Of a stretch of 64,000 bases of DNA, positions 1 to 11,500 are shown in pieces. The stretch covers positions 3,596,001 to 3,660,000 of the forward strand of contig CM007992.1 in assembly GCA_002189035.1 (NCBI GenBank). The letters run 5' to 3'. This DNA is from Utricularia gibba. Taxonomy: Eukaryota > Plantae > Magnoliophyta. How positions within the stretch are numbered: position 1 is the stretch's first letter; each line of letters begins with the position of its first letter. Below the pieces are notes generated by a model. The model had not been told where the DNA came from and searched no databases. It saw only the letters and a list, made by a program, of their open reading frames with translations. Position numbers and translations under genes: made by a program.

Positions 1-130
1 GAATATAAATAACTTATTTCTCATTTGATATTTTTAAATTCCCTTAGTTCTTTTTTATTCACAATAAAAAATAATAATTGCATAAGTGACATATTCTTAT
101 TGCATCCACATATCGTTATTAAAACATTTA

Positions 131-354
131 GGGTGTGTTTGATGGATTGTTTGAAATTCTAATTATGTGGTTTGGAATAAAATATATTTTATATATTTAC
201 ATTTAAAATACGTTTTTAAATAAACGTATTAGGTTTGATTTAAAAGTGATTACCGAATATTTGTATTAAGTAAAACAACTTCATACACCAACTCAAAAAT
301 ATCAACCAAAAACCATCTTTACAATATAGTTAAATCCCGTAACAAAAAACGCCC
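131..354. mobile_element. Degenerate Tourist-like (PIF/Harbinger) MITE
   Basis: Left end GGGTGTGTTTG follows TTA; right end CAAAAAACGCCC precedes TAA; AT-rich interior. TIRs are imperfect and the TSDs do not match exactly. Confidence 0.45.
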
Positions 355-1034
355 TAATGGCAACCAAGTGAAATTGTTGGTTTTTGTGGGTACAAAGTGA
401 AATTGTTGGAAAATTGACTTAACCATGGTTAGGGTGCCTGCGTGTTTCCACTCCTTATTAACTCGCATTTATCTGCCCTCTGTTTTACTTTGTTTTTTTA
501 CCGTCTCCCAAAACGCTAGGCCGATGGAAAACAGCCTCTCGTGAATGAAGGAGTTCAGGTTTTCAACAGCCGGTTTAATTGCTGGGGGCTCGAGTTACTG
601 CGGTTAAATAAAATGCGACGACCAGTCTAGTGGAATTACTGGGGGAGTTAATTTTTGGTATATTAATTCAATATTTGATTATACGAAATATTTTACGAAA
701 ATTATTTCTATTTATGTTATTTTCGTATGAGAAATCGTTCGTATTTGTTTGATAACAAAACTGCTATAATGGAATGGAGTTTCTTGTATTGCAAGGTGGG
801 TTATATAATGATTTTCCAGTGGTGGGCATAGTCGTCACCAGCATACGGTCGTTAAGAGGACATATATATTATGATTTGGGACTTATGCATTGATGCAAAA
901 GATATTAGAGCCAAACCCGACTCTATAACTGATGGTGAGGCAAACCTCAAAGAGGATATTGAATTTTCAAAGAGAAGGGAAGGGCCTGATCTAAAGAAGC
1001 ATATAAGAACTTAAGATAAATCCCATATCGTTTA

Positions 1035-1925
1035 GGGCGCGTTTGGTTGCTGGGTTGCGACGTGGGTTGCGACGTGGGTTTAGACATAAAATCATGTTTG
1101 GTTCGTCGGTTTCAGTTGGGTAAAAAAAAACCCACCTTTTAACCATAAACAAGGTAGTAACCCATGGAGGTGGGTTTAGCTAAACTCAAGGGGGAGGGGG
1201 GGGGGGGTAGGTTTAGCTAAAACCATCTCGGCACTTCCATTTTTGCTCTCATATGAACCATATTTGAACGTAGATTTATTAGAAACCAAATGCACAGATC
1301 TATTTACCAATTTTTTTGAAAGTTAAAATTCCATAGATCTGTAGCATATTTATTCATATATGTTCAAATCTGTTGAAGAAGAAGAAGAAGAAGAAAATGA
1401 AGAAGAAAAAGAAGAAAAAATAAAGAAGAAAAAGATGAAGATGAAAATAATAACAGCATATCTAATATTCTGGGTTTTCATTTTTGGTGTTGAATGTGAG
1501 TTTTCGTTTTGAAGACGAGCACTGCGTCTATTATTATCCGATGCTTGCTGTAAAATGTGAATTTTCGTTGTGAATACAAACAAAGTGTCTATTATTACTC
1601 AGTGCTTGTTATAAAATAAAATTTCAACGAAGCATCGTTATTTATGCTATGCGGTGCTCGATTGAACTTATAAAATGATATAGAAAAATAAAATATATAA
1701 TAATTTATTTTAATTAACCAAAAGGGTATATTGGTAATTTCATATGAAAATTATTACAAACCCAATTTTAAACCCACGTACCAAACGTGTATTCATCTTA
1801 TATCCAAATAATTTAAACTCATCAAACAAACATGGATTACACCCTTTAAACCCATGAAATCGGGTTATCTAAACCCAAATAAACTAAACCTGGGTTTAGA
1901 TCAAACCTAACAACCAAACGCGCCC
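1035..1925. mobile_element. Tourist-like (PIF/Harbinger) non-autonomous element, 891 bp
   Basis: Perfect 15-bp TIRs GGGCGCGTTTGGTTG / CAACCAAACGCGCCC; identical TTA TSD at 1032-1034 and 1926-1928; no transposase ORF. Confidence 0.9.
1376..1442. repeat. (GAA)n microsatellite inside the MITE
   Basis: Run of GAA units with imperfect extension; accounts for the spurious F/S-rich ORF 1350..1583. Confidence 0.9.
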
Positions 1926-2711
1926 TTAATGATGAAATAAAAGGATAATTTATATGAAAGGATTATTGATATTGAGTTTCTAAGGGAGGGGGAAGGGTTC
2001 AGCACAAGGAAAAATACAAGAATCTTATACGAATTTCACATCAATTACGGATGAGATACAAAGACAATTTATATAAAGAACTCATCTTTAATCTTGTATG
2101 AAACATTTTACATGAAAAAAAAGAATATAAAATCATGAAAATTGAATATCATACAAATATAGACCATTACAAAGTAGATGCATACTATTGGGTATATGGC
2201 ACTAATAGAAGACAATATATATTAGGATTCACGCATTATTGCATGACACCGATGGTAGACAATAATGCATCATTATGCATATGATTTGATATCATGCAAA
2301 CAAAAGAAAAAAAGATATAATGAAACCCCAAAATTGTTTCTCTTATTTTTTATTAATTTATTTTGTAATAGTTTTTTTGGTGGGGGTGGGTCCCCGGGAT
2401 GACGACGTATCTATGGTACCACGAACCCCTCCCATGGATACTTTATGGTCATCGCGGAAGACCTGTAACTGTCGCCCGTTTGTGCGGTCATGTGCAGGCC
2501 ACATGTTGCTCTTCATTTCCTTTGTCGCGCCAAGTGACGTCGCTCTTCCTTCCCGGTTTGTCGACGCCATATGCTGCTGCTGCTGCTGCCGCGCTGTGCG
2601 GTAATGAAACCAATGGGCGGGCGAGTGTCTGGATGACCGACTACTCAGGGGAATACAAAAATGGGATGTCGTTATGGGGCGGGGCACCCCCTCCTTGCCC
2701 GAATTCATGAT

Positions 2712-3460
2712 TTGATGGATCCGATACCCGACCCGGACGGATTCGGAGGAGCACATGAACATCATATGTTCATGTTAGAGGAACCCAAAATCCTGTCTCA
2801 CTACTATTACAAATTAATTGATATTGAGAAGTGTTTGATAGTATAGTTTAATCGATGGATCTGATGCGAGATCGAAATTAGAGGAAGCCAAAATCTTATG
2901 CGACTACTATTACAGATCAATACAGGGTGTTTATATATATTTCATAAAATAGGTTAATTCGTTGATCCAATACGAAACTAAAACAGTATTTTGAAAAATT
3001 TTAAAAAATTAGAAATAATAATTAAAATCAAACAATTTCTTATTTTTCCAAAAATAATTTTTATAGCATAATTTTAAAAGTATTTTTTTTATTGAATTAT
3101 CTTTATAATTAAAATTATTTTAAAACAAATTATTTTTATTTTTAAAAAATATAAATGAATTTTAAAAATTTTACAGAACATTACTTAGGATTGAGAGTAC
3201 ATGAGTATTTTATGTTCATGTTAGAGGAACCAAAAATCCTATTTGATTACGATTTATGCTTAAATTTGACTATAAATGTTTTATACTATACTATCAAACA
3301 TTCTCTTAGAATTATTATGCTACGTTTGATTGTATAGATTAATTTATGAATTGGATACGAAATTAAGATCAGGAGTACATAAACATCACATATTCATGTA
3401 GTTATAATTGAAAGTATATATTTAAAATATTATTATGTTTGATTAATATCGATTTAATAC
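2712..3460. repeat. Degenerate direct-repeat array
   Basis: ATGTTCATGTTAGAGGAACC(C/A)AAAATCCT recurs near 2766 and 3211, with a related TTAGAGGAAGCCAAAATCTT near 2878. GGAG(C/T)ACAT(G/A)AACATCA(T/C)AT recurs near 2748 and 3371. Confidence 0.7.
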
Positions 3461-5339
3461 GTGGTTTGCTATCGTAAAGAATTTTTGTTTTTTTTTTTTT
3501 GACGTTGAATGGATATTTTGAGAATGTAAGACTAGAAAACAAGACTTAATTATGAATTAATATTGTTGGAGTTATTGATGGGAGTTTAATGAGGTAGGTA
3601 GGAGGGTTCAAAACTGGCTTCCCGTTTTTGACGAGAATCAAACCGGGAAATAAAAGAAATAAAATAATATTCAATAATTGGTATTTTCCTGATAAATAAA
3701 TATAAATGGAAAGTAATTGCCGTAATCCGGCGTCACATCACTTTCACAATTTATACGCATGCAAGAAATTCTTCTCCATATGTCTGTCTTTTGTCCAGCA
3801 GCACACACAACTGGCCCTGCGCCCTCACCCACTCCTCCCGCCGGATCTCCATCGGGAGGAGGACGGCGAGCCGCCGCCGCCGCCTCCGCCGTCGGCCGCA
3901 GACGCCCCCAAGGCGGATTCGTTTTCGAACATGGATATGCTTTGAAAGAAGCGACAAGGTCCACGTTCTGATGGCAAGAATCGGGAATGGAATGGGAATG
4001 GGAATGGGAATGGTACTGGGTGTTTTGTGTGGAAAGACGGAATCGTCCCTGATGGGTCTTCGTCACCCACCTCCCCTACCATTAACTGCTCCTCCTCTCT
4101 CCAGTCCACATCGACTTCACTCCAGAGCTGCTGAGAGCCCCCATTTTCTCTCTTTTTTTCAAAGGGCACAGACTCAGACAAACACACCGGGCTTGATTCT
4201 TGCTCTGACAGAATATTAATTCATAGTAATGAATAAATGAATATATATGTGTATACAGTGAAAGGATACAGAAGAGTAAAAGACACTTTGGAACAAAACA
4301 AATTGTGGGGTAAGGGAGTTGGGAAGTTGACAAGAGATGGGTGGATGGATGGATGGATGGATGGATGCCTTGGAGAAATGAATGGCTTATTTATTCATAA
4401 AGACAGGGGGAGAGCAGAGGCGAAAGCGACGGATGGGGAGAGGGACGAAAATGATTCTGCAATCGATTGCTGCATGATTGCGGAGGCGCGGGCCGGGACA
4501 AGAGCTAAAGAAAGACCCGGCGCCGGGATGGGGATTTGGGAGTTGAGATTCAAATTCTATATTTTCTTCTTGGGCAGCCGCACAGTTGGAATATTTGGAA
4601 TCTGTTGCTGCGCCGTCGTCTCCGACCGTCGCCCTGTCATCGGTTTCCGGCGATAGGAACCCACCAGAGAGTGATGAAGGGGGGGCGGGGGGCAGGTGCA
4701 GAATACTGCAGTAGATGACGCTGACCCAATTGTCTTCCCCGCATTTAAAGCGCGCCATTGCCCCCCTTCACTGCTACTACTGCTACTGCTTCTTCTTCCT
4801 CTTTCACAGGCGACATTAAAACATGTCTTCTGTCTCATCATTTCGAATCTCGGACTGCTAGTAATGTTAAAAGGGGATATGCGGTTCTCCGGCCCATTTA
4901 ATATTGAGCCCTTCAGATAGCCCATCTTTACATGGGCCTATCTATGTTTATTGGACTACTGTTCAGGCCTATCATTATTGCACTTGGGCTGACTTATTCA
5001 AGTGCCCTAGTTCAGATTTTTAAGTTCCCCTTTGTTTTGTTCACTTTTAAAAAATAATCCTAAAAAAGTTTATTTTTTTTAACAACGTGTGATGATTGTT
5101 TATGCTAAAAGTTAAATTTAGGTCTGTATTCATATAAATATAGATGAGATTAATATTCATTCAGGTTGATTAAAATTATTACATTCATATTTTGGTTAAT
5201 TAAATAGATATACCAAATATTAATATGTTTTCAAAAACTATATATTTTGATTTATTTATGTCTAGATAATATAAACTCATAAATCAATGAAACAACATCT
5301 TCCCATCAAAACAAAGGTTAATGCATGTTATTTGACTAG

Positions 5340-6131
5340 TGAGTGTGAGGTTAAGGACTAGAGACAATGATGGAGCCCGAAATCCGCAAGTACAACGTGG
5401 AGGCATGTAAAGGAGAGATTTACAAATCGGGTGGTCATGAAATAACGAAACCGATCCGTTTTGGACAAAACCAATTGGAAAGAGGTTGGAAAATCATCCT
5501 CACAAGTGGATAGACGGATAAGTGTTAGAATTGGATTGTGGCGACCGTTTTGATCGGTTTGAAAAGTAATCGAATTACTGGGATTAAAGAATAGTTGGTG
5601 GTTATCTATTAACAAAACCACAATACGACTAACAAGCGTAGAAAGTAATTGACACTTACAGAATTGGATTGGATCGACTCTAATGGGGGGTAAATCGATT
5701 GATGATAATCGGTTTTTAAAAGGCTTCCAAAAAGAGCTTTGATGGGATGGGCAACGGCAGTCGATGGACCGATAAGTGTCAGACATCTAACAACGGTATC
5801 CGTATGGCACTGTCTGAAAAGCAACCGAAGTTCGGTAGAGCAGGCGACCGGTATCTAAAAAGCAAGATCAGGTAGAAGGCACAAGAAGCAACCGATATTT
5901 GCAGAACTCATGACTCGAACAGATCGATCTCTCCCATAAATAGGAGAAGCTCTTAGAAGCAAGGGGTTAGACCCCAAGCCTTCCAACCTATATCTTATTC
6001 TACCATCTCTAGATAGTGAAGGGTTTTTCCGGCGAGCTCCGTGGTTTTCTTCGTCTTCCGGCGGTTTCCAGGTAAAACTCTCCGCCTATCCCCTTTTCCG
6101 TTGATCAAATTGAATGTAATCGTGAAAAACA
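5340..6131 (+). mobile_element. Possible degraded LTR-retrotransposon LTR fragment
   Basis: GC-elevated non-coding block with CATAAATAGGAG, then CCGTGGTTTT...GGTTTCCAGGTAAAA motifs reminiscent of plant LTRs, ending AAACA near TTTGGTGCGG. No TSD or second LTR found. Confidence 0.3.
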
Positions 6132-6862
6132 TAATTTGGTGCGGAATTTCCCAGTTGCACCTTTTACCCAAAAATCGGTCAAACCACGAACACTGATTTT
6201 CAGCCTTAACAGACTCTCTCTATAAATATAAGAAAATTTGAAAAAAAAAAAGAGTTGAAACCCCTATATTTTGAACTTGCATTCCTCTTCTTTTTTTTTT
6301 TGTTTCTTTTTTAGTGAAACCCTATATTTAAATGAATTTCGATAGCTTCGTGATTTTTTTCTTCTTGTAGCGATTTCCATGTAAAAACCTTTACGTCTTT
6401 TCATTTCTTCTTTCGTTCTCAATATCTACCTAAAATCGGTATACCACATATCAAGATCCATCAAACCCCATTTGCGACTCGAAAATAGATCGAGTCCAAA
6501 ATAATCAATTTTCAACGTCAATATACTACATATCAAAATAATTACTGAAAATGAATAATACATGTTTAAATACAGTGGATCTTTTTCTAGAAAAAAATAA
6601 CTTAAAATCTTATCTAAGAATGATAGAAGCGTTTTTCAATTTCATTTTTTAATTTTCATCTGAGATGAGGGTTTATTTCAACACACCACAAATCACACAC
6701 AAAGAGAATTAGGCATTGGATTGGAATATGGAGATCAACGTTTCTACACAAGAACGAGTTATGGTAGTCGCAGAGGAGGAGGAAAAAGAGGAGTTTGCTG
6801 ATAAGCTAAAGCGACAAATAATCTACCTTGAAACTCGGTACTGTGGATGGGAATTGAAGCGC

Positions 6863-7360
6863 TCATTCTGTTTTCATGATCGCAGCAGATTGAGATTCTT
6901 TAAGGGGTTGGAACCGAAGCCACTCGCTAACTGAACTCTGAATCAAGAGTTGTTCGAGTAATTCAGGACCCAAATCTTCCAGAACGATCAAGTCCTCTTC
7001 TTTCACTCGATTCCTGGGTTCAGATCTCTTGGTTCTTCTAACCTGCCTGTGGTGCTCTTTGAGAACTCTAGCAGGCGACACCCCATGTGCACACCTGTAA
7101 TTCAACTTGGCAAGTGATTGCTCAACAACACTGACTGGAAAATTCAGCTGCACCGAAGACCCTCTCAGGCTCAGTGCAGCTTGGTCATAAGCTAAGGCAG
7201 CTTCCTCCGGTGTATCGAATGTCCCCAGCCACACCCGTCTCCCACTCCGACTCGAATCCCGAATCTCGGCGGCGTGTTTTCCCCACGGCCGCGTTCTTAC
7301 ACCCACGAACTTCCTTCTCTCCGACGGATAGGCTTCCGGGCTCTGTTTCTCGACCGCCAT
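6863..7360 (-). CDS. ERF1: AP2/ERF transcription factor, group IXc (ERF1/ERF1B-like), intronless, 165 aa
   Basis: AP2 domain [16 protein letters not shown]...[19 protein letters not shown] with the ERF-type A14/D19 residues; ERF1-type [10 protein letters not shown] block; EDLL-like motif [13 protein letters not shown]. Confidence 0.92.
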   Translation of the reverse strand: MAVEKQSPEAYPSERRKFVGVRTRPWGKHAAEIRDSSRSGRRVWLGTFDTPEEAALAYDQAALSLRGSSVQLNFPVSVVEQSLAKLNYRCAHGVSPARVLKEHHRQVRRTKRSEPRNRVKEEDLIVLEDLGPELLEQLLIQSSVSEWLRFQPLKESQSAAIMKTE

Positions 7361-7391
7361 TCTTGAAAACCCTTGCTTACCTGTGGCTGAG

Positions 7392-7404
7392 ATCCCCTAT
7401 TTAT
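7392..7404 (-). promoter_or_regulatory. TATA-like box of the ERF gene
   Basis: CATAAATAGGGAT on the minus strand about 35-40 nt upstream of the ATG at 7360. Confidence 0.5.
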
Positions 7405-7498
7405 GCATCAATCATCATGCTTCGAAATAGTTGCAATAATGAGTTGCGTTTGCAGACAGTTGGGAACTTTAAATTATGTTCGATCAACCGCAGAGAGA

Positions 7499-7753
7499 GG
7501 TCAGTTAGAAAAGTGGCCACTGTCACTTTCTCTCTCACACAGTAAGGCAAAAATTTTACACATAGGTGGCCACTTTTATCACACAGTGAGATGACAGTGG
7601 CCACTTTTTTAAATCACCCGGCTCGATTTAAAAAAGTGGCCACTGTCATCTAACTGTGTGATAAAAGTGGCCACTCTATGTGTAAAATTTTTGACTTACT
7701 GTGTGAGAGATGTGTGAGAGAGAAAGTGACAGTGGCCACTTTTCTAACTGACC
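7499..7753. repeat. Long inverted repeat / foldback element (probably MITE-derived)
   Basis: Arms 7499-7615 and 7625-7753 are reverse complements apart from 2 substitutions, a 1-nt indel and an 11-nt duplication; 9-nt loop; six GTGGCCAC palindromes. Confidence 0.97.
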
Positions 7754-7899
7754 ACCCGAGCAAACCCCTCAAGTGTACTTTTTTTGAGGAACAGTTGTTG
7801 GTAAGTTCAAAGCTGTGTGCTGAACTCCGAGGTGGCGAAGGCAACATTGCAGCTAACTGGCCCATGCCTCCTAACACGCGACATTAACTCAACTAGTAA

Positions 7900-8166
7900 T
7901 GGTGTGCTTGGTTTATGTGAATGTGATAAAATGGGTTTAGTTTATTTGGGTTTAAATAAAGTTAATATATTGGGAATATTTTTTTAAGTAATGTTCAGTT
8001 GTTGGGATTAACAATGGGATTAATTGGTTTAAATAAAAGAAAAGATGGATGTTGTTTTAAATAAACCCATGTACATGGAATTAAAAAAAACCCATGTAAT
8101 CCCAAATTTATCCTTATAATTTATAATCCTAATTTTAAAATGTAATCCCATAAACCAAACACACCC
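7900..8166. mobile_element. Tourist-like MITE, 267 bp
   Basis: 18-bp TIRs TGGTGTGCTTGGTTTATG / CATAAACCAAACACACCC (2 mismatches); TAA TSD at 7897-7899 and 8167-8169. Confidence 0.85.
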
Positions 8167-8568
8167 TAAGTACTACAAAATAGTGTTAAAAAAACTATGA
8201 TATATTGCAAACTGTAATGATTATCACATTGCTAATAACATATCGTTTTGAACCTTGTTACGACTCGATCATTTGAAAATTTAAAAATATTAAATTTAAA
8301 TAATAATGAATTAAATTAAACTCATGATCAATAGTAATATGTTGTTTGTGTGGGAGAAAGTTAGGAATTATTATTTTCAAAACGAATAATTAATTTCCTA
8401 AGTATTATTTGCCAGGGTGGCTGATTTTGTGAATAACCCCAAGAATTGATGAAAATATCCACTTTCTTAGGTGAATTCTCGGCTGCATACCACCTCAAAT
8501 CGGTCCTTTGTCGTGCCCGACGGCGGCTGGGACCCACTGGGGGTATATTGGTAAATATTACACGCATT

Positions 8569-8589
8569 GGGGGGGGGGGGGGGGGGGGG
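8569..8589. repeat. Poly-G tract (21 nt)
   Basis: Direct read. Confidence 0.95.
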
Positions 8590-11500
8590 ACAAACTGGGC
8601 CGCCCGAATAGTCCCGGCCGTCACCATGGTTATGAATAGAGGCCGGGTTTTTAGGATTAATTAAATGAAATCGGGAATCTAATAAGTATATAAATTAATA
8701 ACCGACATTGAAATGAATTAGATCGGTTTGGTTTTGAGTTAACCGGTTTTGAAAAAATAATTAAATATAAAAATATATAAATTATTCAAATTACTTTGAA
8801 GAATAATCGATTTATGTCAAATTCCACTATTCTAAACCGAACCGAATTTTTCGATTTCGGTTAGATTCAATTTGATTTTCTTCGATTAATCAGTTTGTTC
8901 GGTTATTAACTGAATTGTGTTCACTCCTAGTTGTGGTCGTTCCATCGGTTGCAAGTGAAATATGAATTTGTTATTAAAAATGATATTGATTTATGTTATA
9001 AAAGTATTTTTTTTACTAAACATAAATATTTATGCTTCAAAAATATAATAAATTAAAAATCTATTTTTAGGAAGCAAAATCGATCAATATCTTAAACTTT
9101 GTCAAGAATAAATACCTTATGTTTTTAAAAATATATTTTAAAAATAATTTATTATTATGATTTTACTTCCGAATAAATGGATATTTAAAAGAATTTTCAT
9201 TTTACTGAAAATACTGTTGGAAAAATATTATAAACCCCGACCACAATATGTTAAATCAAAATCCAATCAGAAACCAAGTGGGTACAGCTGTCACGTTCTT
9301 GACGTTTCCGTTTTGAATTAAAAAAGAATTGGTGGGACCGGACCCATTAAACGCCGGCTCCATCAAAATATAAAAATATTTTTTTAATATTTTTTGATAT
9401 CTGCCACGCAACTAATCAATTATGTCGAATAATAATAGGTAATTTAAATTAATTTTTTTTGGTATAATTTTTACTTTATTTAATTCATAAAAGTATTACC
9501 ATCAAAATACTTACTTAATTTTATAACTTACACATGAATAACTTTTTGATTATGAAAAATTTAAAATATCCATAAATATATCTACCTCTTGTTTTCAAAC
9601 ACACTTTTGTGATATGGATATTTGGGAAGATTTATTTGAGACAGTTTTCCAAACAACCACTTCCCTTATGTGGGTGGCTCGATATGGTGTTTGCGATACT
9701 ACAACCAAATTCCAGGCACCCACTTTTACTCATAAGTAACGTTAATATAAAATAATTAAATAAATGAATTTCAATACATAAAATTAGAGAATGATTGAAG
9801 AGTCGAAGCCAAGAACCTTATCCAGATAAAAAAATGTAGAAGGTTAAAAATGAATTTGTTCAAAATCTTTAAAAATTAATCCAATATATATGTACTAAAC
9901 AACTCATGGTATATCTTATTCCAATCCATAAATTCCATACTACCAAACATAATGTGTATTTATAGGAGGTATAATTTTTATATAATATAAATTATACCAG
10001 TATTACTAAAACTATTACCAAACACGGGCTCAACGGATAAAAAAATATTACAAATATTTTTTAATATATATTGATTATATATTATAAATTGTCAATTTTT
10101 AACGGCATCCATCAAATGTCATTGTGGGATGAACTTATATTATATAGAAATCCACCTATTTTGTGTATTGATATTATAGAAATATAACGTGTTCAAATTT
10201 GCAAATTAATCTATTACCCTTTTTTCTACTGATAAAAGAAAAAGATATTTGATTCCAATATACGGAAAATTGTTTATTTTTTTAATTGTTTATATAGCAT
10301 AAGATATCTTAAAATTAAATGAGGAAATGGTATTTCAGTGAGGTGTCAGAGAGGAATTAATTAGTGTAGGTTTATGACATTCTCCACCTTGACCTTTCCC
10401 GTATTTTGTCTTTTGCGGCGGCACCGGGACCCACGGAGGGTTACATACGTAAATCTACTTTTGGAAATATAAAACTACGTCGACATTTTACCGGTGTGAC
10501 GTCTGCCATTTGTATTTTACCCTATTAACACAGTTTCTTTGCAATTTACCTTACTAATAACATTTATTTGCACTTTATATTTTATCAAAAATAAATAAAA
10601 TAACTTTATGATTTTATCAAATAGCGTATTTATTTTCCTTTTTAAAAATTTGCAAAATCTAATTATCAAAATAATAAAATCTGATACCTTATTTTTGTCA
10701 AAAAAATTTTAATATTACATTAATGATAAAAAATAAAATAGATTTCATGAAAAATATGAAACATACGATAATATGGAGTATCAAAAATAAACTATAACAA
10801 ATTTTATTGTTAATATATGTTGTATATCAATAAAAATTATTATATAAGATAAATGAGTATTTTATTTCAAAGATTTTTTTATTTATATTAAAATTAAATT
10901 TATTTAAAATTTCATAAAAATTAAAAAGAATAAATTTCATAAAATATACTTAAGTGAAAATTGAATAAAAAATCATGCATAGTTGAATTTTAGCTTTATC
11001 TTTTATTTAATATAAAATAAAAACTACATGTTATATAAATAAAAATAACAATAAATTTTGAATACATCTAACAACACATAGAACACTGATGTGATACGGA
11101 ACTGAACTGTTTAACAAAGTGAACACAAAAAAGTATGGTTCTAATCATTCGTTGAAGATCGAGCAAGATAATCCTAAATGGGGATAAATCTGAAGGCAGC
11201 GACTTTATTAAGAATATAATAAATACGAAAATCATAGTATTGAGGTAAATTGCAGAGAAGAATTATTTTTTTTTGGTGATTTACAAAGTGTTCAGAAACG
11301 TACGGTAAATCACAGATAAATTAAAAAAGGTGAGGCATTTGCCTCATTTACTCTATCTACGTGGGTTTCCGTACACGCCGTATTTTATTCTCAAAGCTTA
11401 TTCCCGTTTCAAATGGCGTGGGTATTTCCTAAAATATTTCAAATTAAAATTCCGTAAACTATATTTTTTATATTAAATCGTATAATTAAAATTTGAGAAA

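Noticed and set aside
780-1015. Possible retrotransposon pol remnant
   Set aside because: Only short open frames with no RT, RNase H or integrase motif.
1350-1583. 77-aa ORF
   Set aside because: Produced by the GAA microsatellite inside a MITE.
3760-3800. TKDRH resembling the start of a TCP domain, and RRASCVCCW resembling DVL/RTFL
   Set aside because: Both lie after an in-frame stop and the rest of each domain is absent.
7499-7753. CRISPR-like array of palindromic GTGGCCAC repeats
   Set aside because: The intervening sequences are mirror images of each other rather than unique spacers, spacing is irregular, there are no cas genes, and the context is eukaryotic.
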